This document shows, piece by piece, positions 34,357 through 45,358 of a DNA stretch of 64,000 nucleotides (position 1 is the stretch's first letter; each line of letters begins with the position of its first letter). The translations under genes were made by a program, and so were the position numbers. This DNA comes from Rebecca billardiae RCC1528 (taxonomy: Eukaryota; Protista; Haptophyta), in the NCBI GenBank assembly GCA_965240325.2, contig OZ251248.1, forward strand, positions 186,001-250,000. The letters run 5' to 3'. The notes beneath the pieces are model-generated. The model saw nothing but the letters and a program-made list of their open reading frames with translations. It was not told the origin of the DNA and did not search any database.

Positions 34357-36490
34357 TGAGCTCACTCGTGCGTAACCACGGACCGCCGGGCATGGCCCAC
34401 CCAACCGGTCGCAGCGCCGCGGGCGCCGCGGACAGCGGATCCGCGCGGGCGACGACGCCCGCGCGCGAGCTCGGCCTCGAGCAGCTGGGCGACAACGCGA
34501 AGACCAACCAGATGCTCACTGGCGTGACGAACGAGTTTGCCAAGTTTGCAAGCTCCAATTCCAGCGTGAGCACCGACCTCTTCACCAGGACGGGCGGCAG
34601 CCTGAACCTGATGCCGGAGAGCACGTTCGTGATGCTTGCGCGGCAGCTGCCCTCGCTCGTCCAGATCACGAGCAAGATCCAGGAGAAGAACGAGCAGATT
34701 GCTATGGTGGACGCGGCGACGCGCTCCAAGGAGAAGGTGCTCCTCGTCCGCGCGAAGGTCGCGCAGCGAGAGCTCGACGGCAAGAACGAGCCGATGACAC
34801 CGGTACCACTCGCGACCGCGCCGGCGTTCCCGCCCGCGGCAGCGCCCTCTGACGCGTCTGCGGACGGCGACGACGCGAGCAGCGGGCCGGCGAGCGGTCT
34901 CGCGAGCGGTGAGGTGACGGTCAAGTTCGATGGCATGTCCGTCACCGCGGAGGAGCTGCACGAGCTCGTCGAGGCCAAGCTCGCGGAGATCACGGCCGAG
35001 AGGGACATCACCATCCGTAAGATTGCGATACTCGGAGAGGGCTTTGCGGGCGTCTCCGCGCTCGACAGCCCGAACCTGATCTACCAGAAGGTGTACGAGA
35101 ACTCCGCGGCCGTGCTACTGAAGCTGTTGAAGTCGACGCTGAACGCGGAAGCGCAGCAGTACGTGGACGCGTGCTCGCGGCGCAAGGGCATGGGCCCCTA
35201 CCCGAATGCTGCCGAGCAGCTGCAGGCGTGGTGGATTGAGCTGCGTGAGCTGCGCGACGAGGTGAGCGTCGACCACCTGATGGACATCATGGCCCCGTAC
35301 CTGAACACGGGGGAGAGCGAGCACAAGACATTCTCGGACCTGCCGTCGTACCTGGCGTACTCGAAGGAGAAGCAGCTCGTATTCGAGCGCCTGCGGGCGC
35401 CGGCCGAGGCGTTCGAGCTGGCCCGCGTGCTGCAGCCGCTGCGCAGCATGAAGGGCGACCTCTCGCTCAAGTTGAAGCTCGACAAGTTCCTCAAGATGCC
35501 GTACGTGGAGGTGACGAACGCGACGCTCGTCATGATGAACTCCGACCTCGCGAGCCACCCGCCGCGCGGCGTGATCACCGTGGGCAACGTGAAGGAGCGC
35601 CCGCCCCCGCGCCAGCCGCCGAAGCAGCCGGCGCACGAGGTGTCAGGCGCGACAGTGAAGAAGAACCAGCTCGTGACGACGCCGCGCGTCCCACCGGGGC
35701 TGAAGTGCGACGCGTGTACGGAGAACCACTTCTACGGCCCCGACTGCCCGCAGTTCAAGCGGGACGGCCCGCCGCCGCCATCGGTGCTCGCTGCGCGCGC
35801 GGAGCGCGCTGCTGCGCGCGCGAGGCGGGAGCAACCGGGCGCGGGCGCGCGCCGCGGCGCGGACCGCGGGGCCATCGTCGTGCCCGCGGGTGTCCCCAGC
35901 CGGAACATCGCACCGGTCGTCCGCGCGGTCCAGGCGATCGAGAACATTGACGAGGTGGAGCCCCACGACGAGGTGATCGGCGGGCACGTCGCCGCCGCCG
36001 TCGTCGAGGACAAGGGGGGCGCCGAGCCGCCCAACCGAGCGAACGGGCGCATTGACTCCGCGGCCGACCGGTCAGTCGGCGGGATGTGGATGGTCGACGC
36101 CGGTCTTGTGGAGAACTTGACGGCGCAGAACGGCGCGCTCATCGGCTTTGATGGCGGGGCCGCGGCCTCGTCGCTCAAGGGTGAGATCACCGCGCGCATG
36201 CTGAGCGTGGACGGCTCCGACTCGCAGCTGATCAAGTGCGAGATCTGGATTGCCGAGGGCGTGGAGACCATCCTGCTGTCCGCGGACGCGCTCGCGAGCG
36301 TCGGCGCGACGACCACCATCTCCAAGTGGCGGCAGTCGTCGTGCGACTTCACGGACGTCGGAGGCGGCTACATCAAGATCGGCTCGGACGCGCGCGTCAT
36401 CCTCGAGCTCCAGCCCGTCGAGGAGGCGGCCGCCGCCGCGGCGGGGCGCGTCGAGCCGGAGGCCGAACGCGCGCCCGCGCCCGCGCCCGT

Positions 36491-36522
<32 letters not shown>

Positions 36523-36548
36523 TCGGGCGCGCGCCGGGAAACGAGTAG
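34356..36548 (+). CDS. gag: Copia Gag-protease ORF
   Basis: 730 aa; zinc knuckle CDACTENHFYGPDC; aspartic protease motif RIDSAADRS and ILLSA. The ATG overlaps the last base of the LTR. Confidence 0.9.
36536..36542 (+). promoter_or_regulatory. Candidate -1 ribosomal frameshift slippery site G GGA AAC
   Basis: X XXY YYZ heptamer in the correct gag phase, one codon before the TAG; a -1 shift enters the pol frame; GC-rich stems follow. Confidence 0.75.
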
Positions 36549-39500
36549 GGCCCGAGCGCGCGGCGGCTGAGCGAGCTGCTGCCGGGCGTGCGCGCACGCC
36601 CGGTGACAAGGAGCTCGGCCTGTGGGCCGCCCGCTTGGGCACGACGAACAAGACTTTGCTGACTCGCACTTGGCGCGCCACCGCTGGCATGCCGGAGGCG
36701 ACGATGGCGCGCGCGCCGCTGGACACGCTGTCCGGCGCGCACATGAAACGACGGCCCTTTAACCGGCCCATGCCCCGCGCGACGCACCCGCGCGAGGTGA
36801 CGCACATGGACGTGGTGTCCGTGTCGAAGATTGACTTGCCGATCGGCGAGGCCGGGATCCCGGTCGGCATGAAGTACGCGCTGGTGTGTGTAGATGACTA
36901 CTCGCGCCGGATGAGCGTCTACTTCTGCAAGTTGAAGTCGCAGATACCTGACCTGATCGCGATGTATTTTCGCGAGATGGGAGCGCACGAGCTGTACGGC
37001 TCGCACATCGAGCTTGGACCTGGGTTCAAGCGATTCCACATCCACACCGACGGCGGCACCGAGCTGAACTCGGAGCGCGTGTCCGAGCTGCTGCTGCAGC
37101 TTGGCCTCGCCGCCAACGTGACGAGCGCGCCCGACACTCCCTCCTCGAATGGGGTGGCGGAGCACGCGATCCAGACTCTGGTGCGCGACACGATTGCGCG
37201 CCTTGCGATGACGGGCATGTCTGCCCAGCATTGGCACTATGCGATGCGCCACGCGTGCGCGAGCAGAAACCGCTTGGCGTCCAGGCGAATCATGCGCGAC
37301 GGCGCGCTGATATTCGTGACGCCCTACGAGCTCTTCTTTGGCAAGCCGCCGGACATGCGTCACGTGATCGTGTTCGGCGCCCCGTGCCGTGTGGTCCTGC
37401 AGGGGCTCGAGAAGCAGCGGCGGGGCAAGCTGGGCATGCCGACGGTGCGCGGCCGCGTCCTCGGTCACGGCATCGACGGCTCCCAGATCGACAAGACGTT
37501 CCGGCTGCTGCTGGGGTACGTCGTGCTGCTCGATGACGGGCGGGTGATTCACTCCAAGCACGTGTACATTGATGAGCGGTCGCTGGTCGAGGGGGGGCAC
37601 ACTCCGTTCGCGACCAGCGATGACAGTGCCGAGCCCGAGACTGAGCTGGGAGACGCCGCCGACGGCGAGCTCACCGGCGAGGGCGACGAGCATTTTGAGA
37701 TTGAGGACGGCGCGGCCGATGACGGCTGCGCTGCTGCTCATGACGACGGTGGCGCGGCGAGCGAAGCTGCGCGACCGAGCGCCGACGGCGATGACGCCGG
37801 AGGCGATGACGACGCACGAGCTGGTGAGTCCGCGGCGCCCGAGCTGCCGCGCGACTACGACCCGATGCGACGAGACCGAGCGAGGCGGAGCAGACCCGCC
37901 GCGCAGACGGTGCAGGCTGTGACCGAGGCAGCGTTCCAGGCAGCGGGCGAGGAACCTACCGAGGAGAACAGCTTCGAGGCATTCGCTGCGACGACGATCG
38001 CGCGGATGAATGGTGTGCCGATCACCATCCCCACGACGTGGGACGAGGCGATGAAGTCGCCCGAGGCCAAGCTCTGGATGCAGGCCTGCCACGACCACCT
38101 CGACGCGCACGGCGTGAGACACACGTTCTTCGAGGTGATTGTGCCGGACAACACGAGGACGATTCCTGTCAAGTGGGTGTTCGACGTGAAGACGCTTCCC
38201 GATGGCGAAGTGATCAAGTTCAAGGCGCGGCTGGTAACCCAGGGGTTCCGCCAGCGCGAGGGCATCGACTTCAATGAGGTGTTCGCCCCGACGATACGAC
38301 CAGAACAGCTGCGGCTGATGCTCGCGGTCGCGCTCAAGGCCAAAGGCGTCTCGATGACGGACGCGGCGAGCGCCAAGATCGTGGAGATGCGACCCGCCGA
38401 CGTGCGGCACGCATACCTGAACAGCGACCTGCCGGAGGGCGAGGAGGTGATGACACCGCTCCCGCCTGGCTACACCCCGAAGAGCTCGACGCCGCTCGGC
38501 TCGAAGGTGGTCGCGAAGTTTGTGAAGGCGCTCCCAGGCATGCGCCAGGCCGGGCGCGTGTGGTACCTGCACTTGCGTAAGTGTTTGCTCGAACATGGGT
38601 TCGAGCCGTGCCCGAGCGCGCCGTGCATCTACTCGAAGGCAGTCGATGGCGGCTACGTGTTCGTCGGTCACTTTGTCGACGATCTGCTGATGATGAACAT
38701 CTCGAAGGACAAGTCCGCGTTGGACGCGCTGATGACGGCGTTGTTGACGCACTACGAGATGCAGGGCGCGGACTGCCTGAGCAAGTTCCTTGGCGCCGAA
38801 TTTGAGACCACGGTGGACGGACTTTATACCCACCTGAATCAGTACATCGGTGATGTGTGCGAGCGCTTCCACCTGAGTGGAGAGCGCCACCCACCGACCC
38901 CCGAGTGCAGCGAGACGCGCGAGATCCCCCGCCCGCTGCAAGCCCTCCTGCTGCGCGCTGACCGCCAGCACTACCAGGAGATGACAGGTGCCCTCATGTA
39001 CTGCATGACGACGTGTCGCCCCGACATCGCGCACGCCGTGAACATGCTGGCACGCCGGATGTCCAATCCCCGGCTCTACGACTTGACCGCCGCGAAGCGC
39101 ACGCTCCGATACTTGCTCGGCACGCGTCGGCGCGGCATCCTCTTCCGGCACGCGACGCACGCACAACACCCTGATTTGGTGGCGTACGCGGACTCGGGCT
39201 GGGCGAACGATCGTGAAGAACGACGTTCTACGACGGGATACCTTGTTATGTACAACGGGGTCCCGATCTCGTGGCACAGCGGACTGCAGAGCGTGGTCGC
39301 GTTGTCTACGTGCGAGGCGGAGTACATCGCGCTGAGCGAGTGCTGCCGCGAGGTGATCTACCTGCGCGACCTGGTCACGTTTTTGAACGAGCCGGTCGTG
39401 GAGCCCACGACGGTGATCTACGAGGATAACCAGGGCACGATCGATTTGACGAACAACCCGGTGCACCACAAGCGCACCAAGCACATTGACGTGAAGTACC

Positions 39501-39667
39501 ATTTAACGCGGCGCGCGCAAGCCGACGGCGCCGTGCTGATCCAGAAGGTGCCGACCGACGACAACCGGTCCGACATCATGACCAAGGCTACCGCGACGAG
39601 TACTTTTCTGAAACACGTCGTGGCGATACTGCATGCTGTTCCACCACCTCCGCCGCCTTCGGCATGA
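36536..39667 (+). CDS. pol: Copia pol (integrase, reverse transcriptase, RNase H) in the -1 frame
   Basis: IN: THMDVV, VCVDDYSR, IHTDGGTE, NGVAE. RT: KARLVTQGFRQREGIDFNEVFAP, ADVRHAYLN, GHFVDDLL. RNase H: AYADSGWA, STCEAEY, YEDNQG, RTKHIDVKYH. Confidence 0.95.
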   Translation, partial: GKRVGPERAAAERAAAGRARTPGDKELGLWAARLGTTNKTLLTRTWRATAGMPEATMARAPLDTLSGAHMKRRPFNRPMPRATHPREVTHMDVVSVSKIDLPIGEAGIPVGMKYALVCVDDYSRRMSVYFCKLKSQIPDLIAMYFREMGAHELYGSHIELGPGFKRFHIHTDGGTELNSERVSELLLQLGLAANVTSAPDTPSSNGVAEHAIQTLVRDTIARLAMTGMSAQHWHYAMRHACASRNRLASRRIMRDGALIFVTPYELFFGKPPDMRHVIVFGAPCRVVLQGLEKQRRGKLGMPTVRGRVLGHGIDGSQIDKTFRLLLGYVVLLDDGRVIHSKHVYIDERSLVEGGHTPFATSDDSAEPETELGDAADGELTGEGDEHFEIEDGAADDGCAAAHDDGGAASEAARPSADGDDAGGDDDARAGESAAPELPRDYDPMRRDRARRSRPAAQTVQAVTEAAFQAAGEEPTEENSFEAFAATTIARMNGVPITIPTTWDEAMKSPEAKLWMQACHDHLDAHGVRHTFFEVIVPDNTRTIPVKWVFDVKTLPDGEVIKFKARLVTQGFRQREGIDFNEVFAPTIRPEQLRLMLAVALKAKGVSMTDAASAKIVEMRPADVRHAYLNSDLPEGEEVMTPLPPGYTPKSSTPLGSKVVAKFVKALPGMRQAGRVWYLHLRKCLLEHGFEPCPSAPCIYSKAVDGGYVFVGHFVDDLLMMNISKDKSALDALMTALLTHYEMQGADCLSKFLGAEFETTVDGLYTHLNQYIGDVCERFHLSGERHPPTPECSETREIPRPLQALLLRADRQHYQEMTGALMYCMTTCRPDIAHAVNMLARRMSNPRLYDLTAAKRTLRYLLGTRRRGILFRHATHAQHPDLVAYADSGWANDREERRSTTGYLVMYNGVPISWHSGLQSVVALSTCEAEYIALSECCREVIYLRDLVTFLNEPVVEPTTVIYEDNQGTIDLTNNPVHHKRTKHIDVKYHLTRRAQADGAVLIQKVPTDDNRSDIMTKATATSTFLKHVVAILHAVPPPPPPSA

Positions 39668-39671
39668 TGTC

Positions 39672-39680
39672 GAGGGGGGG
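39672..39680 (+). other. Polypurine tract
   Basis: GAGGGGGGG immediately upstream of the 3' LTR. Confidence 0.85.
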
Positions 39681-40090
39681 TGTTGTATTAATCCCGAATT
39701 TCCTCCGTGCACGATTTCTTTTCCTTTCCAGGCGCTTGGATCCAACCGCCACGAGAGGTCGAGTCCCAGGTACTACTCGCTGTCGTACCTGCCCTCCCTG
39801 AACCGGCGCGAGCGCGCTCGGCCCCTAATCCTATTGCTTTCGCCGCTGCCCGCAGGCGAACGCAAGCCGCCGGTTACGTATATACGTTTTCCACCGGCGC
39901 TATTGGTCTAACGACCGGCCTATCAGTTACTGGTGGCCGCCGTTTGCCCTTGACGTTGACTTGTGACCCGTGTGGGACGACTCCCGCACCGCCCGCTCGT
40001 CCGCACGGACGACGCTGCTGACGACGTCCGCAGGGACACTGTGATAAGCCCCTGCGTGACCGGGGAACTGGTAAGGCGGAATAAACATCA
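39681..40090 (+). repeat. 3' LTR (410 bp)
   Basis: Direct repeat of 33947-34356. Confidence 0.95.
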
Positions 40091-40576
40091 TATATATATA
40101 TATATATAGAACTATATATATATATGCATATATATAGTATAACGGCGGCCGGATATTATGGCCCAACGACGCGACTGCTGATGAGATTGAGTGATGATGG
40201 CTCGGAGTCGGCGGCAGCAGCCACGCAGCCTCGCGCGCAGCGGACGCGGTGCCGTGTATCATTAAAGCAGCAGTGCCCCGATGTGATTCAGCACCAGGTT
40301 GTCCGAGCACGTCGCAAGCAGTAGCAGCAGCGCGCCGAGCCGTGCGCATGAAAGTAAGCACTGCTCGTAACCAGCGCGCAGCCGTAGTGATGGTCGATGC
40401 TGCTGCTGATGACGATGCCCGCCGATGCCCGCCGCGCGCGCGCGGTGCGATGATGACGATGCTGACGATGACACGCATGCTCGCACGGGCCGCGAGGCGA
40501 CCACGGGTGGCGCGCGCGGTCCCGCCCACGCCCTGCGCGGGCTCGGCTGCGGAGGCGCGCGCGGGCGGCTCGGCGC

Positions 40577-43500
40577 TCAGCGCTTGCGCGCGCAGAACGT
40601 GTAGTGCGTCGGCAGCAGACACGTGTACGGCACGCGCGACACCGTCTCCTTGTACCACACGACCTCGAGGCGCTCGCAGCCGTGCAGCCAGTCGACGTGC
40701 GCGCGGTCAAAGTAGACACCGTCGTTGGCGAACCACCACTTGTACACGGCCTGCGCGGGGCCCATGCGCTTTCGGGTCGTGAAGTCGACGAGGCCGAGGT
40801 ACCCTGCGGCCGGGCGGCGCGCGCGCGCGTGCGTGTGTGCGTGCGTGTGTGTGCGTGGCGGGCGCGGAGGGGCGTGCGGTGCGGTGCGGTGAGTGAGCGT
40901 GGGCCCACGCGCGCACGCGCGCCCACGCCGCCGCAGCGGCGCCACCAAACGCGCGCGCCCACGCCGCGCGTGGGCGCTGCGCCGAGGCACCCCCGCGCCC
41001 TCGCCCTCGAGTCGCGCGTGCGCAGCGCATGGGCGGGGCAGCGCACACCCCCTGGCTTGGTGAGCTTGACCATCGTCTCCAGCGCCTGCTTCCACGGCGG
41101 GATCATCGTGAGGCAGTAGGAGCAGGTCACCTGCACGCGCACGCGCGCGCGCGCCGAGAGTGAGGGGGGCGGGAGGAGGTGGGGTGCGGGTGTGTGAGAA
41201 GCGGGTGTCGGCGGCCGGTGCGGCCGAGCGGTCGGCGCGGAGGCGGCACGTGGCGCAGCGAGCGCGGCTGCTGCTGTGCGCGCGCGGCACCGGCGGCCCT
41301 GCCGCGCACCCAGCACAGCACGGCCGCACTCGGCTGCACACGCGCAGCCGCGCGGCCAGCCGCCCACCCACGCCCGCGGCGCGCCGGCGCGTCCGCAAGT
41401 GCGCGCGCGCGCGCGCGAATGGAGCCGCAATCTCCGACCGCAGAGTGCGGCCCCCGGCCACGCACCATGTCCGCGCCGCCCTGCGGCAGCTGCGCGAGCA
41501 CCGCGGGGTCGTTCACGTCGCCCTCGATGCAAGTCACCTGTCCGCCGAGGCCGAGCGCCTCCACTCGCTCCTTCGCCATCTCGAGCAGAGCGTCGGAGAG
41601 GTCGAGCAGGTACACGCGTGTGCCTGCGCAGGCACGGGCACAGACGCGGAGAATTCAAAGGAAGAATTCAAAGGAACGTCGACAAGGGAAAGAATGGGCG
41701 CAGGGGCGCAGGGGCGCAGGTTGGGGGTGCGGAGTGGGCGAGGGTGGGCGCCGCGGACGGCGGCGGGCGGGCGGCAGGCGGCGGCGGGGCGAGCGGCGCG
41801 GCGCAGCGCACGCGCACGCACTGCCCGCACCGCACCGCGCGCGCGGCTGCGGCGAGTGAGCGCCGCGCGCGCAACCGCGCGCGAGGCGCGCCCGCGCGCG
41901 CACCGCAGGCCTTGATGTGCCCGAGCACGAACTCAACGTCTCGCGCGGTGCCGCAGCCGACCGACACCCAGCTCTGCGGATTTCTGACCCACGGCATGAC
42001 GTACTGCATGAACACGTCGCGGTCGGGGAGCAGCGCCTCGCGGAAGCCATCGTACCGCCGGCCCTGCGACTTGTAGAACTTGCGCACGTCGCGCGGCAGG
42101 CCTAGCGCGCCCGTCACTCCGTACGCACCCATCGTCGCCATCACCTGCGCGCGCGCGCCGCGCCGGGCCGGAGCAGGGAGCGCACGGCAGCGCGCGCGGC
42201 GAGGCGCGCGTTCAGAAGCGCAGGGTGAGCCACGCGCACGCGCGCCCCGAGCAGGGGCGCAGCGCGCGCGCCGCGGCCGAGGCGGGTGAGGCTGAGGGTA
42301 TAGGGTGAGGGTGAGGCGAGCGCCACACACGCACCATCAGGTCGTCCCCGAACGAGTTGGCCATGGTGGCGCCCGTGCCGACGCACAGCAACTTGGTCGG
42401 GTCGTACGCGCGGTCGAGCGTCGTCCAGTACTGCGAGAGGTACCAGCCCACGCGGTCGTAGTCCGGTACGAGGATGGGCGCACAGCCGGACTCGTCCCGC
42501 AGGTGGGTGAGCACGGCCGAGTGCACCTCGGGCGCGAACGAGCGCCAGAAGACCCGCGCCTGGGCGCGGGCGCGGGCAGCGGGGCCGAGGCGCGGCGGGG
42601 CGGGGGGCAGGCCACGCCGGGGGGCACCGTGCCAGCCGTGCACGCGCGCGAGCGTGCGGACGCGTGAGCGGAGAGCTGCGGGGCTGGGCGGCGCGCAGGG
42701 GCGCGCCCGCGCGCCCACTCGGCGCGCCGGCCGCTCCGCGGCAGCGCGCGCGCGCCCCTCCGCAGCAGCGCACGCGCAGTAGCGCACGCGCGTTTGAGGG
42801 CACGGAGCGGCTGGGCACACACGAGTCACCCCACGCGCGCCCCTCCGCACACGCGCGGGCAGGCGCGTGCGCGGGCGGGCGAGGGCTCGGGGGAAGGGCG
42901 CGCACCTTGGGCCGGTCCATGCACGCAATCAGCCGGCCGATGTTCTCCCCGACCATCGACTCGGGCATCCAATCCATCGAATCAAGGAGCGACGCAACCG
43001 TCACCTCGCCCTTGCCCAGGTTCTCGGCGCCCTCCGCCCACGTGCCGTGGAACGGGCGCACGATGTCCACGCGCTGCTTCAGCGTGGCGAACGAGCCCTC
43101 CTCGAGGTAGCGCGGGCAGCACTTACGCGAGAACCGACCCACCACGTACCCGTAGTAAAAGTAGTTGTTCTTGAAATGCTTGTTCGGCCACATGCGCTCC
43201 GACATCACCTCGACCAGCCGGTCGGCGAAGAGCTGCGCGCAGCCGACGCGGCGCGGGGCGGCGGCGGCGGCGGCAGCGGCGCGCGCGGCGCGCGCGCGCG
43301 CGGGCGGCGGCGCGGCGGCAGGTCGGGCGGAGGTGGGGGCGACGGTCAGCGAGGGCCCCGCGTGCGCGCCCGCGTGCGCGCGGGCGCGCTCGGGGAGCCC
43401 GGCGCGGCGCGGCCGCCTGAGCTCTCCGCCGCGCGTCCGCCGGGGCGCGCGAGACTGGGCGCGGAGGCGCGGCGGAGGCGCGGCGGAGGCGCGACGGAGG

Positions 43501-45358
43501 CGCGGCGGACGCGCGGCGGACGCGCGGCGCGGCGGACGCGCGGCGCGGCGGACGCGCGGCGCGGGCGGACGCGCGGCGCGGGCGGACGCGCGGCGCGGGC
43601 GGACGCGCGGCGCGGCGGACGCGCGGCGCGGGCGGACGCGCGGCGCACCTCTGGGCGCTCTGCGAGCAGGTTGAGCTGCTCGAGCGGCACGCCGCCGAGC
43701 GGCGCGAGCCACGACCACAGCCCCGGGTGCCGGACCACGGCGCACACCAGCTTGAAGCCCAGCGAGGTCGTCAGTCCGGACGGGGGCCCCTCGCCCGTCT
43801 CAGCCGCCTGCCGCGCAGACAGCGGGCGCAGCGCGCAACGCGACGAGCGCGCGCAACGAGCGCGCGCGCGACGCGACGCGAGAGCACGCGCCGAGCGAGG
43901 GACGGCGCCGGGCGGCGCGGGCGGGCGGGCGAGGCGTGAGCGCCGCGCACGCGCCTCGCACGCGCCTCGCCCGCGCGGCCCACCGCCCGCCGCGCCCGCC
44001 CGCGCGCGGCCTCCCGCGCCGCCGCGCGCGCGCCGCACCCGCTCCATGTGTGTCCGCGCGCCCGTGAGCAGGATGATGGGCTGCAGCAGCCGCGCCATCA
44101 GCCCGGACGCGCCGGCAAACATGAGGTTGTTCTTGATGATCGAGCCGTTCGCGTCCCAGAACTCGGCGGCCTCAGCCGAGAGGTGCGCGCGCAGCTTGGG
44201 CAGGTACACGGCCGTGAACACCTCGTAGTCCGACTCGCCGAACAGCGCGAAGAACTCGTCGTACGTGCAGGTGCGGATGGCGGCGAGCTTGAGCTCGAGC
44301 AGCGCGAGCTGCGCGCCGTTCATGTCGACGGCGATGACCTTCTTCGGGCCCTCGAGGACGTAGTCGAGCACGTTGCACCCCGCCGACGAGATCGTCAGCA
44401 CCACGTCCTCCGGCCCGCACTTGAGCACGCGGTGGTCGATCGCCGGGTCCTCCCACGAGATGTTGTAAATAATCTGCTTCTTGCCGATCGCCGACATGAT
44501 GAAGTTCTGCGTGTACACGTCGTGCACGATGCAGCAGAGCTCCCACACGCAGTACGCGCAGGTGAGCACGTGCACGAGCGCCGCGCGCGTGTCGCCCACC
44601 TCGCGCAGCACGCCGATCCGCGAGACCGCGAGGCTGACGTGCGAGGCCGCCTGCACGCCGATCAGTAGCAGGAACGTGTAGATCTTCGCGTTGAGCGGCA
44701 GCTTGCGCTTCTCGGTGCTCGAGCGCATGAGGTAGCCGCGCACCCACGACTGGAAGGTGACGAGGTGCCAGCGCAGCAGCACCACGCCCGAGGCGAACAC
44801 CAGCTTGGAGTACGGCGCCGCCGCGTAGATGAGCTGCGTGTGGAAGATCACGCGCGTCACAAAGTACAGCAGGCCAAACAGCAGCGACGGCTTGCGCTTG
44901 TTCTGCACCTCGAAGACGGAGAGGATGATGATGGGCAGCTCCTCGACGAGCGCGACCGCGAACAGCCCCGTCATCCGGCGGTACAGCAGCACGGCGCAGA
45001 TCGCCACGTACAGGAAGTGGTGCATCCAGCCGTCGGTGTACCCGATCGACGACTCGTAGTACGCCGCGCCGAGCGCGAGGTCCATGATGCAGTAGCCGAT
45101 GAAGAAGAGCGCGATGAAGCGCGAGAGCTCGTTCTCGTTCATGATCGACGCCTCGATCCCGTCGCGCAGCACGCCGCGGAAGAAGAAGACGCCCGTCGTC
45201 GACGTCGCGGCCGACGAGTAGAGCGTGAGGTACCACGCGCGGTTGCCGATCCGCAGCGCGGAGAGCAGCGCGAAGAAGACGCTGCACGCGGCCATGTTGG
45301 CGGCGAGGAGCATGAGCTCGCTCCTCACCTGGTCGTCCAGCGCGTCCATCACGCCCAT
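40577..45358 (-). CDS. Betaine lipid synthase-like fusion: TLC membrane domain + BtaA (DUF3419) + BtaB-type SAM methyltransferase, 8 exons
   Basis: Exons 45358-44039, 43807-43649, 43232-42906, 42559-42335, 42144-41904, 41623-41466, 41130-41049, 40803-40577 (912 aa). TLC: GYCIMDL, WMHH, EELP, YFVTRV. BtaA: YNISWEDPAID, LTISSAGCNVLDY, AVDMN, NNYFY, LLDSMDWM, VFWRS. BtaB: FYKSQGRRYDGFRE, VGCGT, SYCLTMIPPW, GLVDF, WFANDGV. Confidence 0.88.
43470..43648. repeat. GC-rich minisatellite at the 5' end of intron 2 of the Bta gene
   Basis: Repeated gcggcggacgcgc/gcgggcggacgcgc units. Confidence 0.7.

Larger units (their letters stand above)
33947..40090 (+). mobile_element. Full-length Ty1/copia LTR retrotransposon with 5-bp TSD TATAT
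   Basis: Two 410-bp LTRs (TGTTG...CATCA); TATAT at 33942-33946 and 40091-40095; PPT; domain order Gag-PR-IN-RT-RNaseH. Confidence 0.97.

Noticed and set aside
36236-36535. Apparent N-terminus of the 1143-aa pol ORF
   Set aside because: Out-of-frame read of the protease region (RARARA...); pol is better explained as entered by frameshift at 36536.
36368-39502. 1044-aa ORF antisense to pol
   Set aside because: Codon-registered shadow expected with high GC3; no motifs. The same applies to most overlapping ORFs in the track.
42283-42316. Telomere-like GGGTGA repeats in a Bta intron
   Set aside because: Short and degenerate; not distinguishable from simple low-complexity sequence.
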